Source: Octopus vulgaris
Lineage: Eukaryota
Assembly: GCA_951406725.2 (NCBI GenBank)
Contig: OX597819.1
Location: 56,296,001 to 56,360,000 of the forward strand
Length of the DNA: 64,000 bases
Direction of reading: 5' to 3'
This document shows, piece by piece, positions 1 to 12,279 of the stretch. A program made the position numbers and the translations under genes. The notes under the pieces were generated by a model. It did not search any database. It was not told where the DNA came from and saw nothing but the letters and a program-made list of their open reading frames with translations. Positions within the stretch are counted from its first letter, which is position 1, and each line of letters begins with the position of its first letter.

Positions 1-280
1 GTGCATGTGGCTGAGCACTCCACAGACACCTGTACCCTTAACGCAGTCCTCGGGGAGTTTCAGCGTGTCACAGAGTGTGGCAAGGGTAGCCGTTTGAAAT
101 AGAGGTACAACAGAAACAGGAAGAAAGAGTGAGAGAAATTTGTGGTGAAAGAATACAGCAGGGTTCGCTGGAGCTTTAAGTGTTTTCGCTCAATAAACAT
201 TCGCAACGCCCGGTGTGGGAATCAAAACCGCGATCCTATGACTGCGAGTCTGCTGCTCTAACCACTGACCCATTGCGTCC
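1..280 (-). mobile_element. tRNA-derived SINE family C, tail variant 1 (runs off window start)
   Basis: Minus-strand head has A-box-like TGGGTCAGTGG and B-box-like GGTTTTGATTCC. Body matches 33975-34135 and 50155-50216. Tail (1-100) matches 7098-7200 inverted. Confidence 0.75.
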
Positions 281-699
281 CCACTAATTTGACACATAAG
301 CACGCGACAGAAAATACATGAGAGTATCATCATTTAGTATTGTACACGTATTAACCTTTCATATTCCTTTTCGATTTTCAGGGACGAAAAACAATTCGAT
401 ATGGAAGTGGGGAATTTAAAATAAAAAAATAAATGATAGTATCAAAGTATTTCGTATGGGACTCCAATACTTCCGCCGTGCCATCGGCCCTTATAATACT
501 GGAAAAGCCTAAAACAAAAATGTGATATTAAGTCTTTGCGAAATCAACGCCATTCTTGTCTCGGTGAATATATAATACTATGTTATTTGGGTTTTTTTTC
601 TCTTTTTCTTGAACTCTTGTACACTAATTACCTGGCCTCCATGGTGTATAAATGGTTGAAATCACATATCGCTTGAAAGAGACGCTGGTCATTTGAAGA

Positions 700-1105
700 A
701 AGCGGATAAGTCGATTGCATGGATTTCAGTACGTGACTGGTACTTTCCGATTTGAAGTGCAACGTTGACGTCACTGGGATTTGAACTCAGAACGTAAAGA
801 GCCCGACGAAGCTCCGCTAAGGATTTTGCCCAGGGTGCTGACGGCTTTGTCAGATCGCTGCATTCTTATACGTTCTTACTAGTTTTGTTACAAGGCCAGT
901 AATTTGGGTGTTTGGGTGTGTGTGTGATTTAGATTACATCTCAGCAATACTTGAATAGTATATTACTTCATCGATCTCACAAGGATCAAAGGCAAAGTTG
1001 ACCTTAGCAGGATTTGAACTCAGAACACAAAGAGTAAAAAGAAATGTTGCTAAGCATTTTGTCCTGCGCAGTGACTATAGTGCCACCTCTCCGACTTCCG
1101 CCGTC
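700..1105 (-). mobile_element. two decayed SINE family B copies
   Basis: GGATTTGAACTCAGAAC...GCTAAG.ATTTTG motifs at ~777-830 and ~1010-1062 match the intact copies at 18034-18265 and 46614-46845. Confidence 0.7.
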
Positions 1106-2212
1106 TTGTAATACTGTGTAGTATGCCTTTAATTCATACGATGATAATATGTTATTAGAAAGACAGCAGCACTCTGAATTTGATTAAAAATTAACTAGTT
1201 GTTTGACAACTTATTATTCTAAGACCGAATTTTCTCGGAAGAAGGGAAGCATATATACTATTCATATGATAAAGGTTATAAATAATTCAGAGGAAGCAAA
1301 CTGAATTCTAGCTTACGTCTTTGATTTCGCATATGAGTTCTAAAACTTCATATTTCATCGACAGTAATTCAAAAGAAAATTTACTTTGTTATATTGAAAC
1401 CTGAGCAATTGTCGATCTCTTTTCAATAACTATCTATTGTGTATGGAAAGCGATAAAGACTAAAAGGTGTCGACGTGGTTCCTTATAGAATAGTTTCATA
1501 ATAAAAGGTTGATTATAAACCAAACCCTATGTAGTCATAATACAGTAACGGTTCTGTAGTCCTCCACTATATATTGCATGATTTGGTAGTGAGCGTCATT
1601 TGCTAGTGTGTACGTACACACACACACACACACTGGCACTCAGACACACACACATTCACATACCTGCATCGTATATACATATACTTACACAAATATATTA
1701 CACCCTCACAGACACACCTATATATGTACATACACACACCACCCATAGCCTGGCAACTGAATGTTTCATGCTTACCGAGAGACCACAAGCTGTGTCATTT
1801 GCAATAATATCCAGATACTGATGGCTGCTGCAGCTCTGAGCCTTCTGGGAAAATTAAGCGCCTATTTTGATTATATGTATAATTAGTTGGAGCATCCAAG
1901 TAGTGCGTGTCTTAGTAGTGGAGATGGAAATCGTAACACAAAGGCGTAACGATACTGGAAATTGGTTCGGTCTAAACTTTGTGTAATATATACAGAATCA
2001 TTTTATTAAGTAAGGTATAAAAATGCAAAGGAAGAGATAATGCAATTCTTTACAGCTATTAACCCCAGCAATCAAACGAGCAATACCATGGAAACTGGTA
2101 AAAGCACTGAGGTTGATGAAGTGTCGGTCGAATAACGTCAGTAACACTGCACTGGTGGGCTAGATATATGTATGTATACATATATACATATCTCGCTATC
2201 TCTCTCTATGTA

Positions 2213-2258
<46 letters not shown>

Positions 2259-2282
2259 TATATATATATATATATATTTATT

Positions 2283-2568
2283 TTATTTTATTTTATCTAG
2301 TTTCAGCTCACGAGCTGTGGCCATGCTGGGGCACCGCCATTTGGTGTTGCTACATGATTTTACTTCACGAATGCTTTTTAGCAATTGCCATTTGGTGCAT
2401 GAGAGAGTTCGATGCAGCTCCCTCATCTGCACCTCCTGTGGGGAAGTTGGTTCATCTGGAACACCTGACAGGAAGAGATCCAGTTTTATTTTAAAGACAT
2501 CTGCATCCACCCCATGCAGGTCTCTCAGGTTCTTCGGGAGGATATTGAAGAGCTGTGGGCCTTCAATA
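2283..2568 (-). mobile_element. 3' fragment of a CR1/Jockey-group LINE with (TAAAA)n tail
   Basis: ORF 2283-2594 reads GPQLFNILPKNLRDLHGVDADVFKIKLDLFLSGVPDEP, resembling CR1-group ORF2 C-termini. It is followed by a short UTR and a simple-repeat tail. Confidence 0.65.
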
Positions 2569-2972
2569 TGGTTAGAAGTTTTCTTCCCAACCACATGTTT
2601 TCAAATGCAGTTCCATTGCATTGCAACTTGGGCAAGTGTTTTCTACTTTAGCCTCGGACCGACCAAAGCGTTGTGAGTGGATTTGATAGACGGAAACTTA
2701 AAGAAGCCCGTTGTATGTGTGTGTGTGTGTGTGTGTGTATGTGTGTGTGTATATGTTTGTGTGTCTGTGCTTGTCTCCCAACCATCGCTTCACAACAGAT
2801 GTTGGTGTGTTTACGTCCCTGTAATCTAGCAGTTGGGGAAAAGAGACCGATAAAATAAGTATCAGACTTACAAAGCATAAGCCCTGGGGTCGATTTGTTC
2901 GGCTAAAAGCGGTGCCCCAGCATGGTCGCAGTCAAATAACCGAAGCAAGTAAAAGAATACAGGACTAAAAGA
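2569..2972 (+). mobile_element. SINE family A (tRNA head, CORE-like segment, internal microsatellite)
   Basis: CTTGGGCAAGTG...GTGAGTGGATTTG...(TG)n...GGCGGTGCCCCAGCATGG-type tail. Matches 39361-39782. Confidence 0.85.
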
Positions 2973-2985
2973 ATACACACACATG

Positions 2986-3047
<62 letters not shown>

Positions 3048-3199
3048 CACACACATACACACACAGAGGCTTCAACATAATTTCGAATCCCAAATTACCT
3101 CATAACGCATTGATCAACTCAGAATAGAGAAATCTCTCTTTAGTGCTATGCGTTGGGATTGAGCGCGAAACCACATAATTGCGAAGCAAACTTAATCAT

Positions 3200-3800
3200 A
3201 CAACCATAACTGCGTCCATGTTTCCCGTAATCTTTCTGTAATATTTAACAACGGAATTTCCAGGTATGTCTAAAGTTGCTTTCTTTCTTAGAAGAGTGTG
3301 CGAATGCAATCTTCTGACCATGTCCCCATTGGGCTCTGCTGGAATACTACAACTACATTTCAAAATTGAAGAAGCCCTGCTACCTGCCTGCTTGTTTTTG
3401 ATCCATTGCATTACGTCAGCAAGTTTAATATGGGACCATCGAATTTAATATTAATTTCATATTTAATAGCAGTTTCTATGCGTCTCTCATAAACTGCTGT
3501 GAATTACTGAGAAGGTTCTGGAACGAAACTCTTCATTTCTCTTTTCTACTCGAATTTGTGGCTTTCGTTTTCAAATAATTCATGCTTTCATTGCCAGTCA
3601 CTTCATTGGCAATTTCCCATATTACTGACGAATGTTTGTTTGTTGCTCTCGCATGCGCAATCAAATATATTTTGTTTTCAATATATTTATGTTCTTTGAT
3701 ATCAATAAATGTAAGATCCTTGCATAATGTAGAAAATCGCGAATATTTTTCAGCGGGTTTTCACATGCAAACAGTGCAATAAAACATTGTGAAATCAATC
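3200..3800 (-). mobile_element. highly decayed LINE (RTE-like) ORF2 linker fragment
   Basis: Hand translation gives WEIANEVTG...FQNLL and IKNKQAG, reminiscent of the EN-RT linker. Broken by stops. Confidence 0.25.
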
Positions 3801-4078
3801 TTGCTGATCATAATCCATTTAAAACAGTTCAATTGAAGAGTTGAATTAACAGTGCAATTTAGATCGAGGATGAATGGTCATAGAAAATGCCGAAATATAG
3901 TGATATCGTTACACATGAAGGAATCATACACGATGTCTGTAATAGAAGTAATAGCGGGTATTGATGACTCTTTTGCATAACGATATATGATATAATCAAT
4001 TATTTAGGGATAGTGAAACAAACAAGATCAATATCCTCGACAACTTTGATAGAGACGACGAAGAAAGCACTGTGGTAT

Positions 4079-4110
4079 ATTACTGCATTACTGCTTACAC
4101 ACAACCCACC

Positions 4111-4203
<93 letters not shown>

Positions 4204-4496
4204 CTTACATATATATACAGACATAATATATATATACATATATATATATACATATATATATATACATATATATACAGACATAATATATATATACATATAT
4301 ATATACATATATATATATATGTATATATACATATATTATATTAAATTAGAGACAAAACAAACAATGAAAAACTTAAGCCAATACATAAGATTATTTTATT
4401 TATATCATTTAAATATATAACAAAATTATTAAAAAATATATATATGTATATATATATGTATATATATATATATATATGTCTGTATATATATGTATG

Positions 4497-4567
<71 letters not shown>

Positions 4568-4573
4568 GTATAT

Positions 4574-4670
<97 letters not shown>

Positions 4671-4904
4671 GGTGGGTTGTGTGTAAGCCGTAATGCAGTA
4701 ATTATATTTTTTAATAATTTTGTTATATATTTAAATAATATAAATTAAATAATCTTATGTATTGGCTTAAGTTTTTCATTGTTTGATTTGCCTAATAGTG
4801 GTTTTGTCTCTAATTTAATATAATATAATATTTTACTATAAAATTGGATTCAATCCTAAATCTGATTTTTCCCTGTAAGTTTGGATTTATTCCCTAATAT
4901 TTAT

Positions 4905-4910
<6 letters not shown>
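4079..4910. repeat. complex inverted duplication embedded in (TA)n
   Basis: 4079-4112 is the reverse complement of 4669-4702. 4335-4440 is the reverse complement of 4703-4825 with one indel. Confidence 0.85.
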
Positions 4911-4994
<84 letters not shown>

Positions 4995-5044
4995 GTGTAT
5001 GTATATATATATATATACATATATATATACATATATACATACAC

Positions 5045-5103
<59 letters not shown>

Positions 5104-6138
5104 CATATATACATATATATATATGTATGTATTTATGTACGTATATATATATCTGTGTATATATGTAAATATGTAAATATATATTCGTATATCTGCCTTT
5201 CTGTCTATCCTTCTGTGTCTGTATGTATATATATATATATATATATCAACTCTTTAGCAGCTCCAAAAATACTAAAACATATAGAATTAACAAGATTACA
5301 AAGTTACACCAATGGACACACAGCCACACTGCACAGACTGGTTTAGGAGTATAAAAGATAAGTGTAGAGCTAGATTTATGCAACTCGATATCTTAGATTT
5401 TTATCCCTAACTATCGAGACGCTAGCCTGATAAAACAGAGACGTGAAAGTGAATGTAACATACAGAATCCATATATTAAAAGAGGTATCTTCTTTCTGGA
5501 ATATAGCCGAAAAGAAAACCATTAAGATAGCTAACCACATCTGAGACCTGAACGCCAAAATATTCCACACATCACGAAGTGGAGCTACATTTACTAATGG
5601 GTAAATTGGATGCAGGCTTTATGTAACAGAAGTAGCTCATATTGTTTTTAAATTTATGAATTTCATTATCTACTGAACTCGAGTCCTGAAATTGCCACGA
5701 AGTGCAAATATTTGGGCAAATTACGCTTATCCAACTGTAAAACACCAACCTCTCAAGATTAGGCATGCAGTCTTTCCTCGTCAGATTAACCCCCATCAAC
5801 CAATGCATGTTAATCCCCATTCTAAAGAGCACCATTCTTATCTCCTTTCATTCCAAGATTTCCATTTCTCACTTCTGCAAAGGAGACTGATAGAATAAGT
5901 ACAGGGATTACAAGGAATAAGTCTTGGGGTCGATTTCTTCGGTGGTCCAGCATGGCCATAGTCAACTGACTGAAGCAAGTAATAGAAAAAAGAATATATA
6001 TATATATATAATATGTATATATCTATGTATAAATCTGCATATATATGTATAATATATGTATATATGTATAATATACGTATATATATATGTATATGCCTTT
6101 ATACAAATATATGTATATATGTATGTATATGTCTTTAT

Positions 6139-6190
<52 letters not shown>

Positions 6191-6214
6191 GGATATCGTA
6201 TGTATACATTCTTT

Positions 6215-6545
6215 TATTCTATTATTTGTTTCAGTCATTTGACTGCACCCATGCTAGAGGACTGCCTTTAGTCGAACAAATCAACCCCAGGACTTATTCT
6301 ATAAGCCTAGTACTTATTGTATCGGCCTCTTTTGCCGAACCACTAAGTTACGGATACGCAAACACACCAACATCAGTTGTCAAGCGATATTGAGTGGGAG
6401 AAACACAGACACACAAACACACACACATACACAGACACACATATCCTTGGTCTTTGATCGGCCCGAGGCTATAATAGAAGACACTTGCCCAAGGTGCCTT
6501 ACAGTGGGACTGAACCCGGAACCATGGAGTTGGTAAGCAAGCTCC
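6215..6545 (-). mobile_element. SINE family A
   Basis: TGTTTCAGTCATTTGACTGC tail through GGGACTGAACCCGGAACCATG head. Confidence 0.85.
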
Positions 6546-6996
6546 TTTATTTCATAAATTTGTCATACAGCCTTACAAAAATGTAGCTGCGGGCTGGACA
6601 AAGACACAAATAATAATGGAATGAAAAACATGAAAAGATGGTTGGTAGGGAAAGCAGACAACGCCCGCCGATTGCTACTTCCCGAAAACATTGTCCTCTT
6701 TTTCTCAACAACACAAAATGAGGTATTGAACCTCTTACCAAAGTTCAAAGAATGGATGCAATCGTCTTTACAAGACGAGGCGCTGAGCCTCTTACCAAAA
6801 AATAAGAAATTCAAATTTTGAATCGTGGCACTTAGGCCTTTCCTCCACGATCAGGCAATTTGCCTCCTGCAGGCAATCCTACAGTTCTAAGTCGGGGCCC
6901 CAGAAAAGCAAAATTGTATAGGTCCTTAGGAAAGGAGTCCATCACCCTGAACATATCATTTTCCATTATGACCGCCACAATTACTTGCGGGCCTCA

Positions 6997-7032
6997 AGCT
7001 TATGTTTCGAGCCTGCGCTTTTCAGCAGAAAG
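6997..7032 (-). ncRNA. decayed minimal hammerhead-like motif
   Basis: Minus strand CTTT-CTGCTGA-AAAGC-GCAG-GCTC-GAAAC-ATA. Homologous to 33192-33227 but core and stems are mutated. Confidence 0.3.
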
Positions 7033-7051
7033 GAACACGATGAAATAAAAG

Positions 7052-7091
<40 letters not shown>

Positions 7092-7097
7092 ACTTGA

Positions 7098-7250
7098 ATT
7101 TCAAGGAGTCAACCTTGTCTGTTCTGTGTGACGCTTAACCACCCTGAGAACCATGTTAAGAGTACGCGTATCTGTGGAATGCTGAGCTACTGGCACGTTA
7201 ATTTCATTAGCAGGTTGTTCCGTTGAGCAGATCGACCGGAACACTCGTAA
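7098..7250 (+). mobile_element. SINE family C tail-1 fragment
   Basis: Similar to the reverse complement of 1-100. Confidence 0.55.
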
Positions 7251-7409
7251 AGAGACAGAGACAGAGAGGAGAGAGAGAGAGAGAGCAGGAGAGAGAATGT
7301 GGGGTGAGATATACATATATAGCCAGCTAGCTAACTAGATGGATTGATGCACCTACACATATTTTCTCTCTGTGTCTTTCTCACACACACACACATAGAC
7401 ATGCATACA

Positions 7410-7480
<71 letters not shown>

Positions 7481-7869
7481 GTATCATTTCATCGTGGACG
7501 CTCTTTTCCGTAAACGTAAATATGGGCAATGTGTATCCTCTTGTTTCACCTTGTAGCCTGTCCAAAACACACACAAAGACGAGACGTCTCCTTAAGAGGG
7601 TATTTTCCCCCCTTTTTGTATCTTGAATTCTTTACCCGGACGTTAAGAATGGTTACTGACTGAAAAATAACGGAATTGAGAGAATATATATAGTGACATG
7701 ACTGAATGTTCGAAATATATGTTTTCCATGCTAAGAAATTAAGTCCCACGAACAGGGAATGCATTATATTCCTCAGTAAATGACTTACATAACACACTAA
7801 AAAAATTTTTTGTCATTAAATGGAAATCAATCTATAAATGTTGCTTTATCCGACTTAAGCGCGCGAGTA

Positions 7870-8247
7870 CAATAATGATGATGATGATCATTGTGGTTGT
7901 CATCACCACCACCACCATCAACATCACTACCAACAATAGCATTACCACTACCATCGTCATCATCATTATCATCATCATCATCATCATTATCATCATCATC
8001 GTCATCAGCGGAATCATCATCAACATTGACATCATCGTCTCTTTTTCCTTCTCCCATTTCCAAAAGAAAAGAATGTTGTAATCAGAACCAATACAAGACA
8101 AAACAAAACGAAAGAAATGAACCACCACGATATAAAAACAATAACAACAATACAAAATAGAACATCATGCAGAACTATTTGCGCTAAAAAAAAATAAATA
8201 AATAAAACGGTTAAAATAACACGGACCATGCCACCACCACCACCACC

Positions 8248-8279
<32 letters not shown>

Positions 8280-8290
8280 CAAAAACGATA
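7870..8290. repeat. compound trinucleotide microsatellites (CAT/CAC/CAA)
   Basis: Directly visible. Confidence 0.9.
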
Positions 8291-9777
8291 CCAATTCTAC
8301 AATCAACACCAACAGCAGCAAGAACATGAAGAAACATCATTATGAACGACATCAATGAGAGTAACATCATCAAGAATTGAGATATTCTTGCCAAAAAAAA
8401 CAAAAAAAACACAAAAAGAGCAAAAAGACAAACGCAAAATAAAAAATAAAATGTCCGAAAATAACAAAAAATGAGACTATCTGAAACCAACAATGACTGA
8501 GGTAGGAATAACGAAAGTAAGAATAATGATAATGAAAACAACAAATTCTCTACTTTTCGTTTAATCATTTTAATAGTTTCGTTGTTATCATTGTTGCTAT
8601 TGTTGTTGCCGTTGTTTCTTGTTGTTATTTCTATTGCTTTAATTCTGACGCAAGTAATTAGATTGTTTTTGCCATCTTCCAGTTCATCTGGCGGAGCAAT
8701 TCACGAAACCATTAATCAGACATGAGATGGTGATTCAACACTACTTCTGTCTTTCCTAGTTTTTATGGCTTTCGTTTATTTTATTTTGTAATTTTCAACG
8801 AATCGATTATTATTATTTTTTTTATCCTTATATGGGTTACCTTATGACAGAAAATTCTAGAAAGATATATTACTATTAAGCGGTATTTATTCGTCGAGTA
8901 ACATTGCTAATGTGTAATAGATAATTTCTGGTTTTAGCTATTTTATTTTCGTCATTAATGCTCAAACAAAAATCAAATGACAGTCGCAAAACCCAATTTT
9001 GTCGTTCGTAACATGAAGGGTTTTTGTAGTTAGTCCAAATAAACCAATATTTGAATATATAAATATAAAAAGAGCCTATTTTTGATGGATAATTAACGCG
9101 AAAGCTAAACGATAAGTAGGGCGTTATTCATAAATAATAAACCTAGATCTCTCTTACACACCTGACAGTTTCCATTTGGGTAAAGGATATATTTCTAGCT
9201 CAATACATTTTGGTATATATTTAAATTGACTGTCAAGCAAATCTTTCTCTCTAGCTGAAAGATTTTTTTGAGAAACAGCATTTAGGTTGTGTTTTGACTT
9301 GAGAAACTAAGCTGAGAGTAGATTAATATCTCGGGAATTCATGTTCCCAGTATATAATCAACCTGCAAAAAGTAACTACGATATTTGAAACCCAACATGG
9401 AAGACACATGTCGTTTATTGAACTCCTAATGAATATATAACAAATGCTATACATTTGTTTGAATATTATTAGGAGCTCAATATACGACACGTTGGTGACA
9501 TAAACTTGTAATTGATCGAAGACGTCTCAACCTGGCTCATAGCATTTGAAGCAAAAACTTACGTGGACGATTTAAAGGATAATCTACAAGATAATGATCA
9601 AAACCGTACCGGCGATGCCATTGTAAAGTTTTATCATTTGCTTATTTCATAAGCACGGGTATAAGAATAAGAATCAAAAACAGCGAATTTCTATCTCGCC
9701 GTTGCGGAAGCACAACCAACAGCAGAACGTATGAGAAGGGGTAACAACATCAACCGTGCGATGGAATCAATTATGGA

Positions 9778-10052
9778 TTCTTTATTGACCACAAAGGGTC
9801 TACACAAAGAGGAGACAGTACAGGGCATTAGAAATTGGGGTAAAAATCGAATGGAAAATGAATGATTATATAATGAGAAGAATGAAACAAGCCTGTAAAG
9901 CCCAACAATGTGTCGCAAGATATTAACTAACCATTCTGAAACAATTTATCAACAAAGGTAGTCCCAAAAGGGAAAACATGCAACAAAAACCAACGGTGAT
10001 TCACCAACAATAGACTTTTCATAACAAATGTATTTAACTAACCGTAACACTT
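9778..10052 (-). mobile_element. 5'-truncated L1/Tx1-type 3' end
   Basis: 9778-9870 is similar to 10071-10160 and to the Tx1 3' end at 14269-14318. GATGGAATCAATT lies on both sides (9760-9772, 10053-10065). Confidence 0.55.
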
Positions 10053-10069
10053 GATGGAATCAATTGGTG

Positions 10070-11270
10070 TTTCTTTATTGTCCACGCGAGACTAAACAAA
10101 GAGGGAACAGTACAGGACATTACTAAGTGGGGTAAAAATCAAATGAAAAATGAATGATCATATAGTAAGGATGAGGAAATGATGTTTACCCGGGCCCCAC
10201 GACCCAGGTAACATCATTGGACATTTTTAAAACGTACATAATTTTTCAAAAGATTATTTTCTCTTTTACTTGGCTTGCTGTTGATTGTGAAGTCACTACA
10301 GTTTTTATCTTATCTTTTCTCTTTACTCATTTGTCTCTGATGTTATTTGTTCTTGTGTGTTCGTGTTCGTATATCCTTGTGTCTTTAAACTTTTTTTGCT
10401 AGTGGGAGGGAGAGAACGAGCGTTTTTCTTCTTTCTCTTCCACCCAGTAACTTTCCATTCACTGTCACCTACCTCCGTAGTGTTGATGTTAACGGTGTGT
10501 CTTTATCGTGACCATAGCTTTCTCCATCATCACCTCCTCCTGCTTCTTCCCCTTCTCTCCTGAGATCTCCACTTCAACTCTCTCCTGCTGCACACTAGCC
10601 TCCTCCTGGCCCCCTCCCTATGCTTCGGGTTTTAGGGTCTGGGTGCACGTTTTTCTTATGTGCCGCTTCTGTCTTCACCCAAAGCACTTTGGAATTCTGC
10701 CCTGTACGGTGACTTGCAATTTCGTTTCATCCGGAAGAATATCGAATTCCGGTATATCATCAATGTCCTCTGGTGTGGCTTGAACCATTGCTCTTAAACT
10801 CTTGCCACACCAGTTCTGGACACTTCTCTTCTGAAACTTTATAAGTGTTACTTCCTCTTTTATGCTGGCGAAGGCGGCTGCCAGGAGCCATGTTGGTTTA
10901 ATTTCCGGTGCAAATCCATCTATAGTCATTTTTGTTGTTCTTTTGCCGAGGTATGTCGACAAAAGAGCCAATTCTTTGGTCTACAGGGTTATTGCTGAAT
11001 TGACCCTGGTATCACTCTCAGTTATAAACTGAGCCTCCACTTTACCGTATTTCCTTCCACGTCTCACAAACGCTAGTTTGTACATAATAGGCTTCAAGGC
11101 CCTCTCTATATCTTCTATGGACGCTATCTATCTTTTTAATCCTCAGAGATAGCTTCCCAGATTTTAATTATTTAAAAAAATGTACATTTTTTTGTTATAT
11201 GTTGATTAGGAGTTTAATACACGACAAAAATAAAAGCCAAATACACCTACAAACGAAACATACTTTAGAC
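10070..11270 (-). mobile_element. ORF1-only (half-L1-like) Tx1 derivative, decayed
   Basis: Translation ERALKPIMYKLAFVRRGRKYGKVEAQF...LLSTYLGKRTTK is homologous to EKCLKPIWQDITYLARGKKFGTIEVRL...LLIPIYMGTRASK (16904-17293). CCHC knuckle remnant KCFG*RQKRHIRKTC. The 3' end follows with no ORF2. Confidence 0.6.
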
Positions 11271-11371
11271 ATTTTTCAGCAGTATAACCACCATTCTCAA
11301 TACCTTTTAAGACGCACATCATTTACATTATTTACATTTGACGGATAATTGTCCTCATCTTGTTTGTTGTT

Positions 11372-11417
11372 AACACAACGTTTCGGCTGATATATCCTCC
11401 AGCCTTCATCAGGTGTC
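11372..11417 (-). ncRNA. minimal type-I hammerhead ribozyme
   Basis: GACAC-CTGATGA-A-GGCTG(gaggatatat)CAGCC-GAAA-C-GTT|GTGTT. Stem I 5 bp, stem II 5 bp, palindromic ACGT stem III. Confidence 0.75.
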
Positions 11418-11490
11418 TTGGGGAAATTTCGAACCTGGATTCACATTCCTATGGTATTTTTTGATGTTGTTGTTGTTGTTGTTATCATCA

Positions 11491-11546
<56 letters not shown>

Positions 11547-12014
11547 GAGTGAGAGAGCAGTTCATGCCATCAAAGTGACACTGGGGTAAAATATACGAAG
11601 CCCAATATACCCATCATGACTACCCGTCTGATAAGGGTACACCAGGCACATGCATCACAACCATATGTGCGCGACATAGTGATCTCATATCAAGATAAAC
11701 AGCAATATAAACAGCCCAGTTAGAAATTTCTTCAGGTTGAGTGGCCCATCCCGCTCAAAAGGTCCCTGAATAAGGGTTGTTTAAGGATGTTGAAAGAACC
11801 ACCCATGTTTCCAGAGGTGAATTATTCAAACCCTAAAGAATCCCTCTCAACACATGGCTATGATGCTCCCCCACTACTTCTGCTCGTGATCAGAGATGCA
11901 CATATCGTCAGCCACTAAGGGACATGCTCAACTGGTTAAGGTCAAACAACTGACAAGCAAATCTGTGGTATTGAGCAGAATATTTGCTGTAGCCCATCTT
12001 TTATACCAAGACAA

Positions 12015-12015
<1 letters not shown>
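11547..12015. mobile_element. (TAA)n-associated interspersed repeat (possibly R4/Dong-type LINE non-coding portion)
   Basis: Flanked on both sides by (TTA)n. 11739-12015 recurs at 48758-49033, again next to (TTA)n. The family assignment is inference only. Confidence 0.6.
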
Positions 12016-12061
<46 letters not shown>

Positions 12062-12169
12062 CATTATTTAAGTCACAGTCTGGAATCGAACTCGGAATTT
12101 TGGAGTTAGTAGTCTGCGCTCTTGGCCGCTATACCATATGCCTACTTATGTTTGTTTATATATGACGAA

Positions 12170-12279
<110 letters not shown>

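Larger units (their letters stand above)
11318..12142 (-). mobile_element. tRNA-headed SINE with internal (TAA)n and hammerhead-containing tail, interrupted by 11547-12015
   Basis: Head at 12071-12142 has A box TGGTATAGCGG and B box GAGTTCGATTCC. It is followed by (TAA)n, then a tail containing the hammerhead and ending in AATGTAAAT repeats. Confidence 0.65.

Noticed and set aside
6546-6995. Unique-looking segment with a 66-aa ORF
   Set aside because: No recognisable motif. Possibly a retroelement fragment but cannot be assigned.
12071-12142. Functional tRNA gene
   Set aside because: Acceptor stem does not close and it runs into (TAA)n. Better explained as a SINE head, like the other tRNA-like heads.
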